The position numbers and the translations under genes were made by a program. Below are positions 47,783-56,076 of a stretch of DNA of 56,076 nt, piece after piece. Source of the stretch: a virus (taxonomy: Duplodnaviria > Caudoviricetes); the IMG/VR virus record IMGVR_UViG_3300034093_001920, positions 1-56,076 of that record. The stretch is one strand, 5' to 3'. The notes beneath the pieces were generated by a model. It did not search any database. It saw only the letters and a program-made list of their open reading frames with translations, and was not told the origin of the DNA. Each line of letters opens with the position of its first letter. The stretch's first letter is position 1.

Positions 47783-48058
47783 ATGGCTAAGAAAGAACCA
47801 ATGCGCCTCGCGCAGGATTTCAAAGACAACCTCAAGGCTGGCACTGGCATTGGTGCCGTGATGGTCGGGGGCTCCATGGCTAACTCTGTTACAGGAGCAG
47901 TTGTTGGCGGCCTGGCTGGTGCTGTACTCGGTGCAGGCATGGGCGTTGCCAAGACGGTCATCGATGCACACAAGGCCCGTAAGGCTCAGGACCGTGCCGA
48001 CCTCGTTCGTTCCATTGCACGACACCCTGCTCTCGGGCGTCAGTTCCCTCAAGACTAA
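47783..48058 (+). CDS. Glycine-zipper membrane protein
   Basis: AAGGAG SD, GAVVGGLAGAVLGAG, C-terminal HPALGRQF. Confidence 0.65.
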   Translation: MAKKEPMRLAQDFKDNLKAGTGIGAVMVGGSMANSVTGAVVGGLAGAVLGAGMGVAKTVIDAHKARKAQDRADLVRSIARHPALGRQFPQD

Positions 48059-48089
48059 AAAAGGTCGGGGCCTTCGAAGGTAAAAAATT

Positions 48090-48320
48090 ATGGCAAACGT
48101 AAGCCACCAGTTCAATGACATCATTGCTCGGAACATTACCCACAACGAAGAGCACAGAATGACTGCTCGTGCCTTCTTTGGCAATAATCATGACTACAAG
48201 GGTGCTCTTCCGTGTCAGACGTGCGGGGACCCAGTTCCTGAGGACACTTGGCATGAAGAGATGGGTTATTGCGTCGAATGTCAGCACAATGCGTTCGACC
48301 ACTCCGATGAGGAGAAGTAA
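48090..48320 (+). CDS. Small zinc-finger protein with an NVSHQF tag
   Basis: CQTC...CVEC. Confidence 0.6.
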   Translation: MANVSHQFNDIIARNITHNEEHRMTARAFFGNNHDYKGALPCQTCGDPVPEDTWHEEMGYCVECQHNAFDHSDEEK

Positions 48321-49300
48321 TGACTCGAGAAGACGAAAATAGGCTTGAAGGTCTCCGTGATGCGGACAAGAAAGCCGCTATTGAGGACAGTCGTACGCGG
48401 CACGGGCTTACAGCCTCGATGTATACGCGTGAGAACTGGAACTCGATGGACGGCCCGTCTACTCGGTTTGACCAAGAGGAACACTACAACGAGTTAAAAA
48501 AGAAAGCTCTAGAGAAAAGTAGTATCCCTAACGAAGGAGATTATCTTCCTGGGATGACATCTAGAGAAATGTACCCTGTTGTACAGCGTAACGAAAACGT
48601 TGGTACGCAATTCATTGAACACGTCAACAAAATATCTCGTAGGTCTGAGCTTCGACCGTCAAAAGATTACACAACGATTCTTCGTCCTGGTCTTACAGAT
48701 GAAGGAACTAAGATGAGCCTTTACCATATCCCCTCAAATGATGTCGTAGGAGATGTAGCGTGGAAAAGTGCTACTGGGCACGTCGAGTGGCTTGGAGTCG
48801 AGCACGGGCATCGGCACATGACCAGCTACTTAGTGGCTCAAGCCTGGAATCACGCTCGTACGAAGGGTGAGCTTGGACCCGCATCGTCGGCTGAGCTAAG
48901 TCCCGATTCCCGAAAGATTATGGCAAAGTACAACCCCGACTCGTCGGATTACCGTAGGAACCAAGGGCTCGACCCCAATACAGTAGAGTGCCCTACGTGC
49001 GAAGGCACTGGGCATGGAATTATGCATCCTGTGAGCCGTGATGAGGGAAGAACTGTCCAGTACCACTACTCCGATGGTTCGGGGCGAGTTAATATCCCCG
49101 AAGCACCCAACACCGAAGCGGGTCGTAAGATGGGAATAGGGTACGCACTACAGGAAGAGCCAGGTGCGCACACTATGGGTCACTTTGACAATAGCAACGC
49201 TTTTCTACACCCTGAGTCAGGGAGCTCTCACTACTGGCCCGATATAAGCCACTTTTGCCGAAACTGTGGTGGAACTGGCTCAAAGATGGCGCACGAATGA
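48320..49300 (+). CDS. GNAT-like domain + CxxCxGxG zinc finger
   Basis: VG.V.W....G.V....V...HR; CPTCEGTG, CRNCGGTG; internal ENVGTQF. Confidence 0.6.
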   Translation: MTREDENRLEGLRDADKKAAIEDSRTRHGLTASMYTRENWNSMDGPSTRFDQEEHYNELKKKALEKSSIPNEGDYLPGMTSREMYPVVQRNENVGTQFIEHVNKISRRSELRPSKDYTTILRPGLTDEGTKMSLYHIPSNDVVGDVAWKSATGHVEWLGVEHGHRHMTSYLVAQAWNHARTKGELGPASSAELSPDSRKIMAKYNPDSSDYRRNQGLDPNTVECPTCEGTGHGIMHPVSRDEGRTVQYHYSDGSGRVNIPEAPNTEAGRKMGIGYALQEEPGAHTMGHFDNSNAFLHPESGSSHYWPDISHFCRNCGGTGSKMAHE

Positions 49301-49701
49301 CTCCTGAAAACGTAGGACAACAGTTCAGAGAACTCTACCACGCCTCCTGGCGACAGAACAGGGACAGCATCGAGGAACGTGGTCTGAGAGCCAGCCAGCC
49401 CTGGGATGATGCACATGAGGGCGTCTACACCATGCCTAACCCACACCAAACTGTAGGGTATGGGCATGATATCTATAAGATTACTGTACCTGCGGACGAG
49501 AAGCTTGAAGACGACGACATGGAAGAATACGCCAAGGTAATCACGCGCAATGTTGAGCCCGACGAAATTACGCGGGTAGGGCACTTCTACGACGGTCCTC
49601 GAGGCGGCGAGACCCACATGCATCGTGTGGAAGACTGCAGAGGTACTGATTGGGAAGAGTTCCGCATACACCCTCGCTGGACTCGGGGTGGGAAACGGTG
49701 A
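49297..49701 (+). CDS. ADP-ribosyltransferase/Tpt1-like protein
   Basis: LYHAS...SI.ERGL...GVY. Starts MTPENVGQQF. Confidence 0.65.
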   Translation: MTPENVGQQFRELYHASWRQNRDSIEERGLRASQPWDDAHEGVYTMPNPHQTVGYGHDIYKITVPADEKLEDDDMEEYAKVITRNVEPDEITRVGHFYDGPRGGETHMHRVEDCRGTDWEEFRIHPRWTRGGKR

Positions 49702-50126
49702 GCCCAGAAAACGTTGGTCAGCAGTTCATAACCCTCTATAGAGGTCTCTCTGGCGTACAGAAGATGAGCGACATTACAACGGGGTACTTGGGCAACCACT
49801 GGACTCCCAATCGTTCTGTAGCCCACTCTTTTGCGCTCAATGCCCCGTACCAAGTAGTTGGGCAACCACCTGTCAAGTTTAAGAAACTCCGCGGCGTTGT
49901 TCTTACCGCCAATGTGCACCCCGACCACATCTTCGACCCAGAAGAAAGCGAAGGGGAACTACTCGGTATGGGCGTATTTGGCAGGGGTAGTCACGAGGAG
50001 GAGCACACCGTCCGCGATGGCTCACCCATCTCCATTACTGGGGTGGACAAAGTATCGTTCAAAGACGGTGACCACGACGTCACCGCTGTTCCAATGAAGC
50101 GCTTTCCCAAACAGGGCATTGCCTAA
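49698..50126 (+). CDS. ADP-ribosyltransferase-like protein (R-S-E-like)
   Basis: LYRGL...G.HWT....A..FA...EEE. Starts MSPENVGQQF. Confidence 0.65.
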   Translation: MSPENVGQQFITLYRGLSGVQKMSDITTGYLGNHWTPNRSVAHSFALNAPYQVVGQPPVKFKKLRGVVLTANVHPDHIFDPEESEGELLGMGVFGRGSHEEEHTVRDGSPISITGVDKVSFKDGDHDVTAVPMKRFPKQGIA

Positions 50127-50170
50127 AAATTTAGGGCCCGTAATTCGGGGCAGTAGCCTACACTGGTGTA

Positions 50171-50410
50171 ATGAGCAAAGAACGCAAATCACACTTTCTT
50201 CAGGGAATTATGTCCGCCAACTTCCCTTACTACACAGGGTCTGGGTATGGATACGGCGGATATGGGTACTACGGCGGCGGATATGGTTACGGCTACGGCG
50301 GTAACTACACCAGCTCAGAGTCTGCTTCTGGCTCTGCTGGAGAGGGTGGAGACACAGGCATGGGCGCTGATGGCGGCGACATGGGCGGTGGAGACGGCGG
50401 CGGAATGTAA
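50171..50410 (+). CDS. Gly/Tyr-rich low-complexity peptide
   Basis: GYGYGGYGYYGGGYGYGYGG. Leaderless TACACT-N6-ATG. Confidence 0.6.
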   Translation: MSKERKSHFLQGIMSANFPYYTGSGYGYGGYGYYGGGYGYGYGGNYTSSESASGSAGEGGDTGMGADGGDMGGGDGGGM

Positions 50411-50549
50411 CTATCGGGGCCTTTTTAGGTAAAACTCCCGCAAATCTGCTATAGTAGACCATAGGTCATCTTGTAATTAAGGTGGCCTTTTGTCATACCA
50501 AGACAATAAACGACCGAGTACTAACTACCAAGGAAAGGTAGGTCGCTAA

Positions 50550-51137
50550 ATGAAATGGATGATTGCAGCAACACTGGCAGGAAGCACCGCTATCGCGCCA
50601 GTCGCAATTAATGAAGTTGAAATGAAACCAGAAGTTGTTCAGTTTGACTTTGTAGAAAAGAACACACAGGAGTTTACGCTTCCTGTGGACCCCGTGCTCT
50701 GGGCGCAGGAAATGCGTCAAGACGCGGAGCGTGAAATGTGGCCCGAAATTAAAGCCTATAAAGCAATGATTCGGGCTAAACGGATGAAACCCGTAATAAA
50801 GGTTCTTGATGAACTCAAGAGCTACGTAGGAAAGACACCTTATGTCTTTTCTGGAGCATCACCGAGAGCATGGGACTGTAGTGGTCTCGTCATGTGGACT
50901 TACGCACAACTCGGCATTGAGCTACCACACAGTGCATCTGCACAGCTTTCCGCAGGGAAGCACGTCGCAAATCCCCAACCTGGCGATATCGTCGTTTGGG
51001 GCGGCGGATACCATTCAGGTATCTATCTCGGTGATGGCAAGGTTATCAACGCCTTGAACCCTCGCGTCGATACGAACATCATGGGTGTGAACGCAATTAG
51101 CGGTTCTATCACCTACGTTCGCGTCTACGACTACTAA
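50550..51137 (+). CDS. NlpC/P60 peptidoglycan endopeptidase with signal-like N-terminus
   Basis: G.TPYVFSG....DCSGL...LPH...PGD.V...HSGIYLG. Confidence 0.92.
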   Translation: MKWMIAATLAGSTAIAPVAINEVEMKPEVVQFDFVEKNTQEFTLPVDPVLWAQEMRQDAEREMWPEIKAYKAMIRAKRMKPVIKVLDELKSYVGKTPYVFSGASPRAWDCSGLVMWTYAQLGIELPHSASAQLSAGKHVANPQPGDIVVWGGGYHSGIYLGDGKVINALNPRVDTNIMGVNAISGSITYVRVYDY

Positions 51138-51187
51138 CCGCAACAGTTTAGGGGGCCATCCGTTGGGTGGTCCCCTACACTTGTTTT

Positions 51188-51751
51188 ATGACTCTTAGCC
51201 CTTCTCAGTTTGGCTCTCAACCTGTTTATACGGGCCCTGGGCTTGCTGGGCGGGATTCTCATCACTGGAGCAAGTACGCCTTAGCGGAACGCCGTACTGT
51301 CGAAGCTTCTAAAGAACCTGGCGGTAAATGGGGTTTTCAGGTAGCCCTAGTTCCCGTATCTCAACTTGCCAAGTACCGTGAGTTTGACCGAACAAAAGCT
51401 CCCTATGGGTATGCAGACAGCAACGAGACAATCAGCTCTATTGCTGACGACCTCCGCAAAGGCGGCACTGGCGCACTTCGCTCTCCCATCAGCATTTCCT
51501 ATGACCACAAAAATAAATGGGGGTACATTGCCGAGGGGAATCACCGCGTTGCCGCGGCTATTCAAGCGGGAGTAAGTCATTTGCCCGTACAGATTGGTGG
51601 GAACTCAAACGCAGGCTTGCTGGATGACCTCAAGGCTAAAGGAGTCGGTGCACCGCTGCACCTTGACACTCGCCTTGTTGAAGGAGACACGGGATACTTC
51701 CCGTCTTATCAGCACCCTGGAAACTTCAAGGAATTTGAGGGAGCACGATGA
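51188..51751 (+). CDS. ParB/Srx-like N-terminal domain protein
   Basis: PI.I...IAEGNHRVAAA...G...LPV. Leaderless; starts MTLSPSQF. Confidence 0.75.
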   Translation: MTLSPSQFGSQPVYTGPGLAGRDSHHWSKYALAERRTVEASKEPGGKWGFQVALVPVSQLAKYREFDRTKAPYGYADSNETISSIADDLRKGGTGALRSPISISYDHKNKWGYIAEGNHRVAAAIQAGVSHLPVQIGGNSNAGLLDDLKAKGVGAPLHLDTRLVEGDTGYFPSYQHPGNFKEFEGAR

Positions 51752-52242
51752 CTCAGCACCCAGACGACGAGAACTACTGGTACCACGAATCTTCTAGCTC
51801 TAATCGAGAGGGAATTGAAGAGCGTGGTCTTCGTCCTAGTTTTTCCGAGGTGTATGTACACCACGATGATTTCCCCAAGGGCCAGTGTCCCGCGTGTGAG
51901 GCTGGCGATAGCAACACGGAGTATGGTGAGCACGGGTTTGACGCAAGCACAGTTTTCCTACACCATGACTCAAATGAAGTGGGCGCTTACCACGGCGATA
52001 ACAATGCTGACATCTGGGCTGTCCCTAAGCGTGAGATTAAGGTTGACGCAGACACCTCTATTCATGGCGTAATGACCAGCGGTGTTGAGCCCTGGAAGCT
52101 TAGCAGAGTTGGGCACTTTACTGACGGCTACCATACCGCCAAGCACGACCCTTGGAAACCCCTAGAAGATTGTGACGAATGCAAGAACCAAGACAAGCTC
52201 CACGAAGAACACCTGCAAAAGAAGTGGGGACATTCTCTATGA
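51748..52242 (+). CDS. ART/Tpt1-like protein, paralog of 49297
   Basis: YHES...NR..IEERGLR.S, VEP....RVGHF.DG. Confidence 0.6.
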   Translation: MTQHPDDENYWYHESSSSNREGIEERGLRPSFSEVYVHHDDFPKGQCPACEAGDSNTEYGEHGFDASTVFLHHDSNEVGAYHGDNNADIWAVPKREIKVDADTSIHGVMTSGVEPWKLSRVGHFTDGYHTAKHDPWKPLEDCDECKNQDKLHEEHLQKKWGHSL

Positions 52243-52349
52243 CCGTAATATCCCGACAGATGGCTAACCGTATCTACGGTGGTCCTCGTGGCAACTTTAA
52301 GGATTACGTCGTAGGCAATCAGGCGCAGGTTAGTGGAATAAAAAACTAA
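52239..52349 (+). CDS. 36-aa peptide (not in ORF track)
   Basis: Coupled at both ends (ATGA, TAATG), MTVISRQM... Confidence 0.45.
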   Translation: MTVISRQMANRIYGGPRGNFKDYVVGNQAQVSGIKN

Positions 52350-52711
52350 TGGGTAGAAATAACGCAGACTTTAACGAGGGTAGCTTTACTCTGAGTTACA
52401 ACAACGAAACGTTGTTCCACGGTACTCGCCAAAAGCTATCCGTAGGAGACGCCATCAACCTACAGCCTGCCGAACGGGGCAAGGGCATTAACGTCCCCGT
52501 CTCGTGGACTACAACAAGCCCAATTGACGCCGCACACTACGGTGCTCGCGATGAGGGCGACGGTAAGGTTAACGTCTACACCACAGAACCCGTAGACCGC
52601 GCTAGCGTCCGCGGGGCGTACTCGGGAATCCTGCACCCAGGAGAACGCAAAATCAACACGCACTTCATCTCTAAGCACGGCTTTACAGTTACAGGAGTAC
52701 ACAATGGCTAG
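52349..52711 (+). CDS. Arr-like ADP-ribosyltransferase
   Basis: LFHGT...L.VGD.I...TT....A..YG...VY..EP. Starts MGRNNADF. Confidence 0.65.
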   Translation: MGRNNADFNEGSFTLSYNNETLFHGTRQKLSVGDAINLQPAERGKGINVPVSWTTTSPIDAAHYGARDEGDGKVNVYTTEPVDRASVRGAYSGILHPGERKINTHFISKHGFTVTGVHNG

Positions 52712-52922
52712 GAAAGAAGACTTTGATAAGGGCAAAGACAATAGCCCGTTTGGTACTGGTCCCCATGGCGGAGACCGCGACCTGGATGAGCCCAATGACA
52801 ACGGCTGGGGAACTCACGTAGAGCGCCCCAGGATGTCCTGCCCTCATTGCCCCGCCATGTTTCACTTTTCAACTGGACTTTCTACACACAAAAATCAACA
52901 ACACCCAGACTACCTTTGGTAG
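52704..52922 (+). CDS. C2H2 zinc-finger peptide
   Basis: CPHC...F.....L..H....H. Starts MARKEDF. Confidence 0.6.
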   Translation: MARKEDFDKGKDNSPFGTGPHGGDRDLDEPNDNGWGTHVERPRMSCPHCPAMFHFSTGLSTHKNQQHPDYLW

Positions 52923-52944
52923 CCTGAAACTAAAAGGAGAAATA

Positions 52945-53145
52945 ATGAACTGGTTTACCCCAGAACGACGTTTGTTCGTCTACCGCGTTACCGCTAGCCT
53001 CGTCACCGTTGCTGTTGCCCTGAACGTTTTTACCCAGGGAACTGCCGACGAAGTGACGTTGGTTGTCTCAAAGGTTCTGGACGCAATTACCGCAGTGAGT
53101 GCCCTTCTGGCATCTCTCCTCGCGGCTAAGAACGTCGCCAAGTAG
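52945..53145 (+). CDS. Holin-like 2-TM protein
   Basis: R...Y.V + TM + LAA.NV, AAGGAG SD. Confidence 0.65.
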   Translation: MNWFTPERRLFVYRVTASLVTVAVALNVFTQGTADEVTLVVSKVLDAITAVSALLASLLAAKNVAK

Positions 53146-53159
53146 TACCACCCGACAAG

Positions 53160-53201
53160 AAGAAGGCCCCCTAGCCAATAGGCTGGGGGGCCTTATCTTT
53201 T
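53160..53201. terminator. Bidirectional intrinsic terminator
   Basis: Stem 53163-53176/53181-53194 between convergent genes. Confidence 0.8.
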
Positions 53202-53203
53202 AG

Positions 53204-53938
53204 TTAGAGGAAGACCGCGTCGGCAAATACTACGCGGGACGCCATCTTGGACGCGCTAATGATTGCGATAGGGGCTGAGACACTCAGGACCATTCCTGCC
53301 CACATCCGCGGCTCGGTGAAGTCGTAGTTCCAGAAGTCAAGCGTGTGGAAGCCATTGGCGAGGACGGCGATTGCGCCGAAAGCAACCATTCCTGCTACTG
53401 CACCAAAGGTCTTCTCTTTTTCTCCTTCGGGAGTTACTCGAGATGCCAGGAGGAGATACGCAATGAGGAACAGCAGGTACATCAACTCAATGAAGAAGAA
53501 GAACAAGCTTCCCATCCACGGCTGAGACAGTCCGACGAACTCAGCAACCGCAGTGATGCCATTGAACGAAACTACCGCGGATGCGATGAACGCAATAATG
53601 ATTCCCGCAACCCAGAGCCAGAGAACAATCTTCTGGTCAATCTGCACCTTAGGGGCTCGTTTATGCTCTTGCTTCTCAAACCTAGTAACGCGCTGTTCTT
53701 TGGCGCGCTCCTTGGCGTTCTTTTTACGCCCGCCGACATCCGACGGTACGGTGAATGGGCGACTAACCCACTCTTCACTGGGAATTACTTCCTCTAGTGG
53801 GGCCTTGTTTTCAGGCATTTGTTCTTCTTCCTCAGTAGTTGGTTCTTCGAGCTCAAGGTCTTTCTCAAACTTTTCCTTAATGCCCCACAAAGAGGCATAC
53901 GAAGGAACGTGGTATACGTCCTCCTCATACTCGTCCAT
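53204..53938 (-). CDS. 4-TM membrane protein (DUF2637-like)
   Basis: SF..I..VA...G, AN..H, AP. Leaderless TGGTAAAGT-N6-ATG. Confidence 0.6.
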   Translation of the reverse strand: MDEYEEDVYHVPSYASLWGIKEKFEKDLELEEPTTEEEEQMPENKAPLEEVIPSEEWVSRPFTVPSDVGGRKKNAKERAKEQRVTRFEKQEHKRAPKVQIDQKIVLWLWVAGIIIAFIASAVVSFNGITAVAEFVGLSQPWMGSLFFFFIELMYLLFLIAYLLLASRVTPEGEKEKTFGAVAGMVAFGAIAVLANGFHTLDFWNYDFTEPRMWAGMVLSVSAPIAIISASKMASRVVFADAVFL

Positions 53939-54059
53939 ACTTGTACTTTACCATAAACCCCAAACTACGTGCACTCTCTGCGTTGTTATCAGAAGGATGT
54001 TAAGACAAGTTTGATACTCTGGTAGTTCTTCCAATTTTAAGCATAGAAAGAGGCAAAAC

Positions 54060-55040
54060 ATGGCAATTCTCGGAACTGGACTCCAGGACGGACTCCTCCT
54101 CAAGCCAATCCGTTACCAATGGGCGATGGACCTGTACAACCAGGCAGTAGCCAATACCTGGTTCCCCAATGAAATTCAACTGGGCGAAGACATTGCAGAC
54201 TTCAAGAAGATGTCTGAAGAAGAGCAGAACGCTATTACGTTCCTAATGTCCTTCTTTAACCCCTCTGAGCTCATCGTTAACAAAGCCCTAGCATTTGGTG
54301 TCTACCCCTATTTGAACGCGGCAGAGACGCACCTCTACCTCGCCAAGCAGATGTGGGAAGAAGCCAACCACTGCATGAGCTTTGAGTACATCCTCGAGAC
54401 GTTCCCCGTGGACCGTGAGAAGATTTACGCCCAGCACGTTGAGCACCCCGCAATTGCCAACAAAGAAGCGTTTGAAGTTAAGTACATCAAGCGTATGTCC
54501 GACGAGCGTCTCGACATCACTACGGTTGAGGGCAAGCAAGACTTCGTCCGCAACCTCATTGCGTACTCGGTAATCATGGAAGGTATCTGGTTCTACACGG
54601 GATTCATGGTCGCCCTCAGCTTCCGTCAGCGCAACTTGCTCCGCAACTTCGGTTCGCTCGTTGACTGGATTGTTCGCGACGAGTCGCTCCACCTCAAGTT
54701 CGGAATCAACCTCATCCTCACGGTGCTGGAAGAGAACCCAGAGATTGTCACCGATGAGTTTGTGTTGGAAGTCAAGCAGATGATTCTTGACGCTGTGGAC
54801 ATGGAAGTTGAGTACAACAAGGCTATGCTCCCCAACGGTATCCTTGGACTCAACTCTGAGTACATCAGCACCTACACCAAGTACATCGCAGACCGTCGCC
54901 TTGAGGAACTCGGCTTTGAGGCTCACTACAACGTCGCTAATCCCGCAAAGTGGATGGCTACGGCTAACGACACCTTGCAGTTGGTTAACTTCTTCGAAAG
55001 CACCAACACTTCGTATGAGGTCAACGGAGCGACTAAGTAA
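54060..55040 (+). CDS. nrdB: Ribonucleotide reductase class I beta subunit
   Basis: W.P.EI....D, EANH, MEGIWFY.GF, RDESLH, NFFE...SY. Confidence 0.95.
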   Translation: MAILGTGLQDGLLLKPIRYQWAMDLYNQAVANTWFPNEIQLGEDIADFKKMSEEEQNAITFLMSFFNPSELIVNKALAFGVYPYLNAAETHLYLAKQMWEEANHCMSFEYILETFPVDREKIYAQHVEHPAIANKEAFEVKYIKRMSDERLDITTVEGKQDFVRNLIAYSVIMEGIWFYTGFMVALSFRQRNLLRNFGSLVDWIVRDESLHLKFGINLILTVLEENPEIVTDEFVLEVKQMILDAVDMEVEYNKAMLPNGILGLNSEYISTYTKYIADRRLEELGFEAHYNVANPAKWMATANDTLQLVNFFESTNTSYEVNGATK

Positions 55041-55054
55041 GGTAATCTGGTTCT

Positions 55055-55396
55055 ATGGCTTCTATTGAAAACATTGGACGACAGTTTCGCGGTGTGGTGA
55101 CCTTACCTATCCACGAAGTTCACGGGTTTTTGTCTGGTGATTTTCATGACGATGTTGCACACGGGGATGACCCCTTGACTGTGGGTAGGGTCGACTCCGA
55201 CTTGCTTGAGGGCGGGGAGGATGACCGCCAGCAGGAAAACGCTGATTTACTAGCGAGCATTAAGGCTCACGGAGTTACAGAACCTGTTGACGCACATATC
55301 CTTAAAGATAACCGTGTAAGTCTTTTTGACGGACATCACCGAGTCTTTTACGCTACTAAAGCGGGCATAACACACATTCCCGTGAGGTTTAGTTAA
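55055..55396 (+). CDS. ParB/Srx-like N-terminal domain protein
   Basis: L..SIK.HG..EPV...DGHHR...G...IPV. Starts MASIENIGRQF. Confidence 0.75.
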   Translation: MASIENIGRQFRGVVTLPIHEVHGFLSGDFHDDVAHGDDPLTVGRVDSDLLEGGEDDRQQENADLLASIKAHGVTEPVDAHILKDNRVSLFDGHHRVFYATKAGITHIPVRFS

Positions 55397-55602
55397 TGAT
55401 TATCCAACTTAATCCTCCGCTTCCGTTCTACACACCCAAAGGGTCTGCTCTAGCGCATTTTCTCATTGACATGGGACCAGAACACAACATACAATGGGTA
55501 TGTTTCCAAGATGAAACGGGAGAGTGCTGGACGTGGCAAAACTCAGACGTCAGGGCGACTAATAACGTCACCATGCACCGAACGAATGTGAAGAAACTGT
55601 AA
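55396..55602 (+). CDS. Hypothetical protein
   Basis: QLNPPLP..TPKG...W.CF...TGECW. Confidence 0.6.
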   Translation: MIIQLNPPLPFYTPKGSALAHFLIDMGPEHNIQWVCFQDETGECWTWQNSDVRATNNVTMHRTNVKKL

Positions 55603-55973
55603 TGGGTAGAAATAATGCAGACTTCCAGGGAGTGGAACTTCACCATGAGATTCATCCAGGTGGTACAGACATTGAAGCCCACCTAAATGGCAATCCCATA
55701 GGATGGCTACAGTTAGATGAAACTGGAAGAGTGGAAGACATTCAAGTCGATGAAAAGCACCAGGGAAAGGGAGTTGGGAAAGCGATGTGGCGACATGCCG
55801 AAAAGTTGCACCAAACAGGGCAAACCCCTAATCCCCCAAAACACTCTGACTATAGAACGTATGACGGTGAGTTTTTTGCTCGGTCTGTGGGCGGTCATTT
55901 GCCTAGAAATACTGCGGAATGGTTACAAGATTATCCTAAAGACCACATCGTTAGGTCGTACCCCAATGACTAG
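55602..55973 (+). CDS. GNAT acetyltransferase
   Basis: I.VDEKHQGKGVGKAM...HS..RT.DG. Starts MGRNNADF. Confidence 0.8.
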   Translation: MGRNNADFQGVELHHEIHPGGTDIEAHLNGNPIGWLQLDETGRVEDIQVDEKHQGKGVGKAMWRHAEKLHQTGQTPNPPKHSDYRTYDGEFFARSVGGHLPRNTAEWLQDYPKDHIVRSYPND

Positions 55974-56076
55974 AAATAATGCAGACTTTCATGGAGTTCA
56001 CATCTCGGATGGGGAAGACCCTCACTTCTACGACCCAGAAGATAAGGGACGTAGACTGGCTTTACACAAGGATGGG
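55966..56076 (+). CDS. Partial ORF with an MTRNNADF tag (runs off the window)
   Basis: ATG 55966, open to the end. Confidence 0.6.
   Translation, partial: MTRNNADFHGVHISDGEDPHFYDPEDKGRRLALHKDG

Noticed and set aside
1-56076. tRNA genes, integrase, reverse transcriptase/DGR, recoded genetic code
   Set aside because: None recognised. Core genes read through intact with the standard code.

Overview
A 56 kb piece of a large tailed dsDNA phage, most likely infecting Actinobacteria. Evidence for the host: two WhiB genes, many leaderless TANNNT-N6-ATG promoters and an MSMEG_6728-type glycosylase. A P2 gpI-like baseplate domain points to a myovirus. Layout: (1-4.5 kb) tail/baseplate genes. (4.6-22 kb) replication and recombination: HTH initiator, DnaC-like loader, DnaB, primase, SNF2 helicase, SSB, family A polymerase, RecA, two resolvases, WhiB, Cas4-like nuclease, HNH. 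(22-29.6 kb) SpoVS and many low-complexity proteins. (29.6-32.5 kb) nucleotidyltransferase, HAD and TGT-like genes. (32.7-46.7 kb) a leftward 'early' block of tiny genes plus a MoxR-vWA pair. (46.7-47.5 kb) a divergent control region with five copies of a 21-bp promoter motif. (47.5-56 kb) small ART, GNAT and ParB-like proteins, NlpC/P60, a holin-like protein and RNR beta. Three signals stand out. First, a ~480-nt pseudoknot-rich candidate non-coding RNA at 40.19-40.66 kb. Second, unrelated enzymes sharing short terminal tags (ENxGxQF, M[GT]RNNADF) that may be a capsid-loading or delivery code. Third, a strong regional excess of CTTACGGA/CGGAYAG sites, with local loss of GGCC and AGCT, that stops at about 47.3 kb. 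All calls were made by eye from motifs; no searches, folding or automated counts were run.
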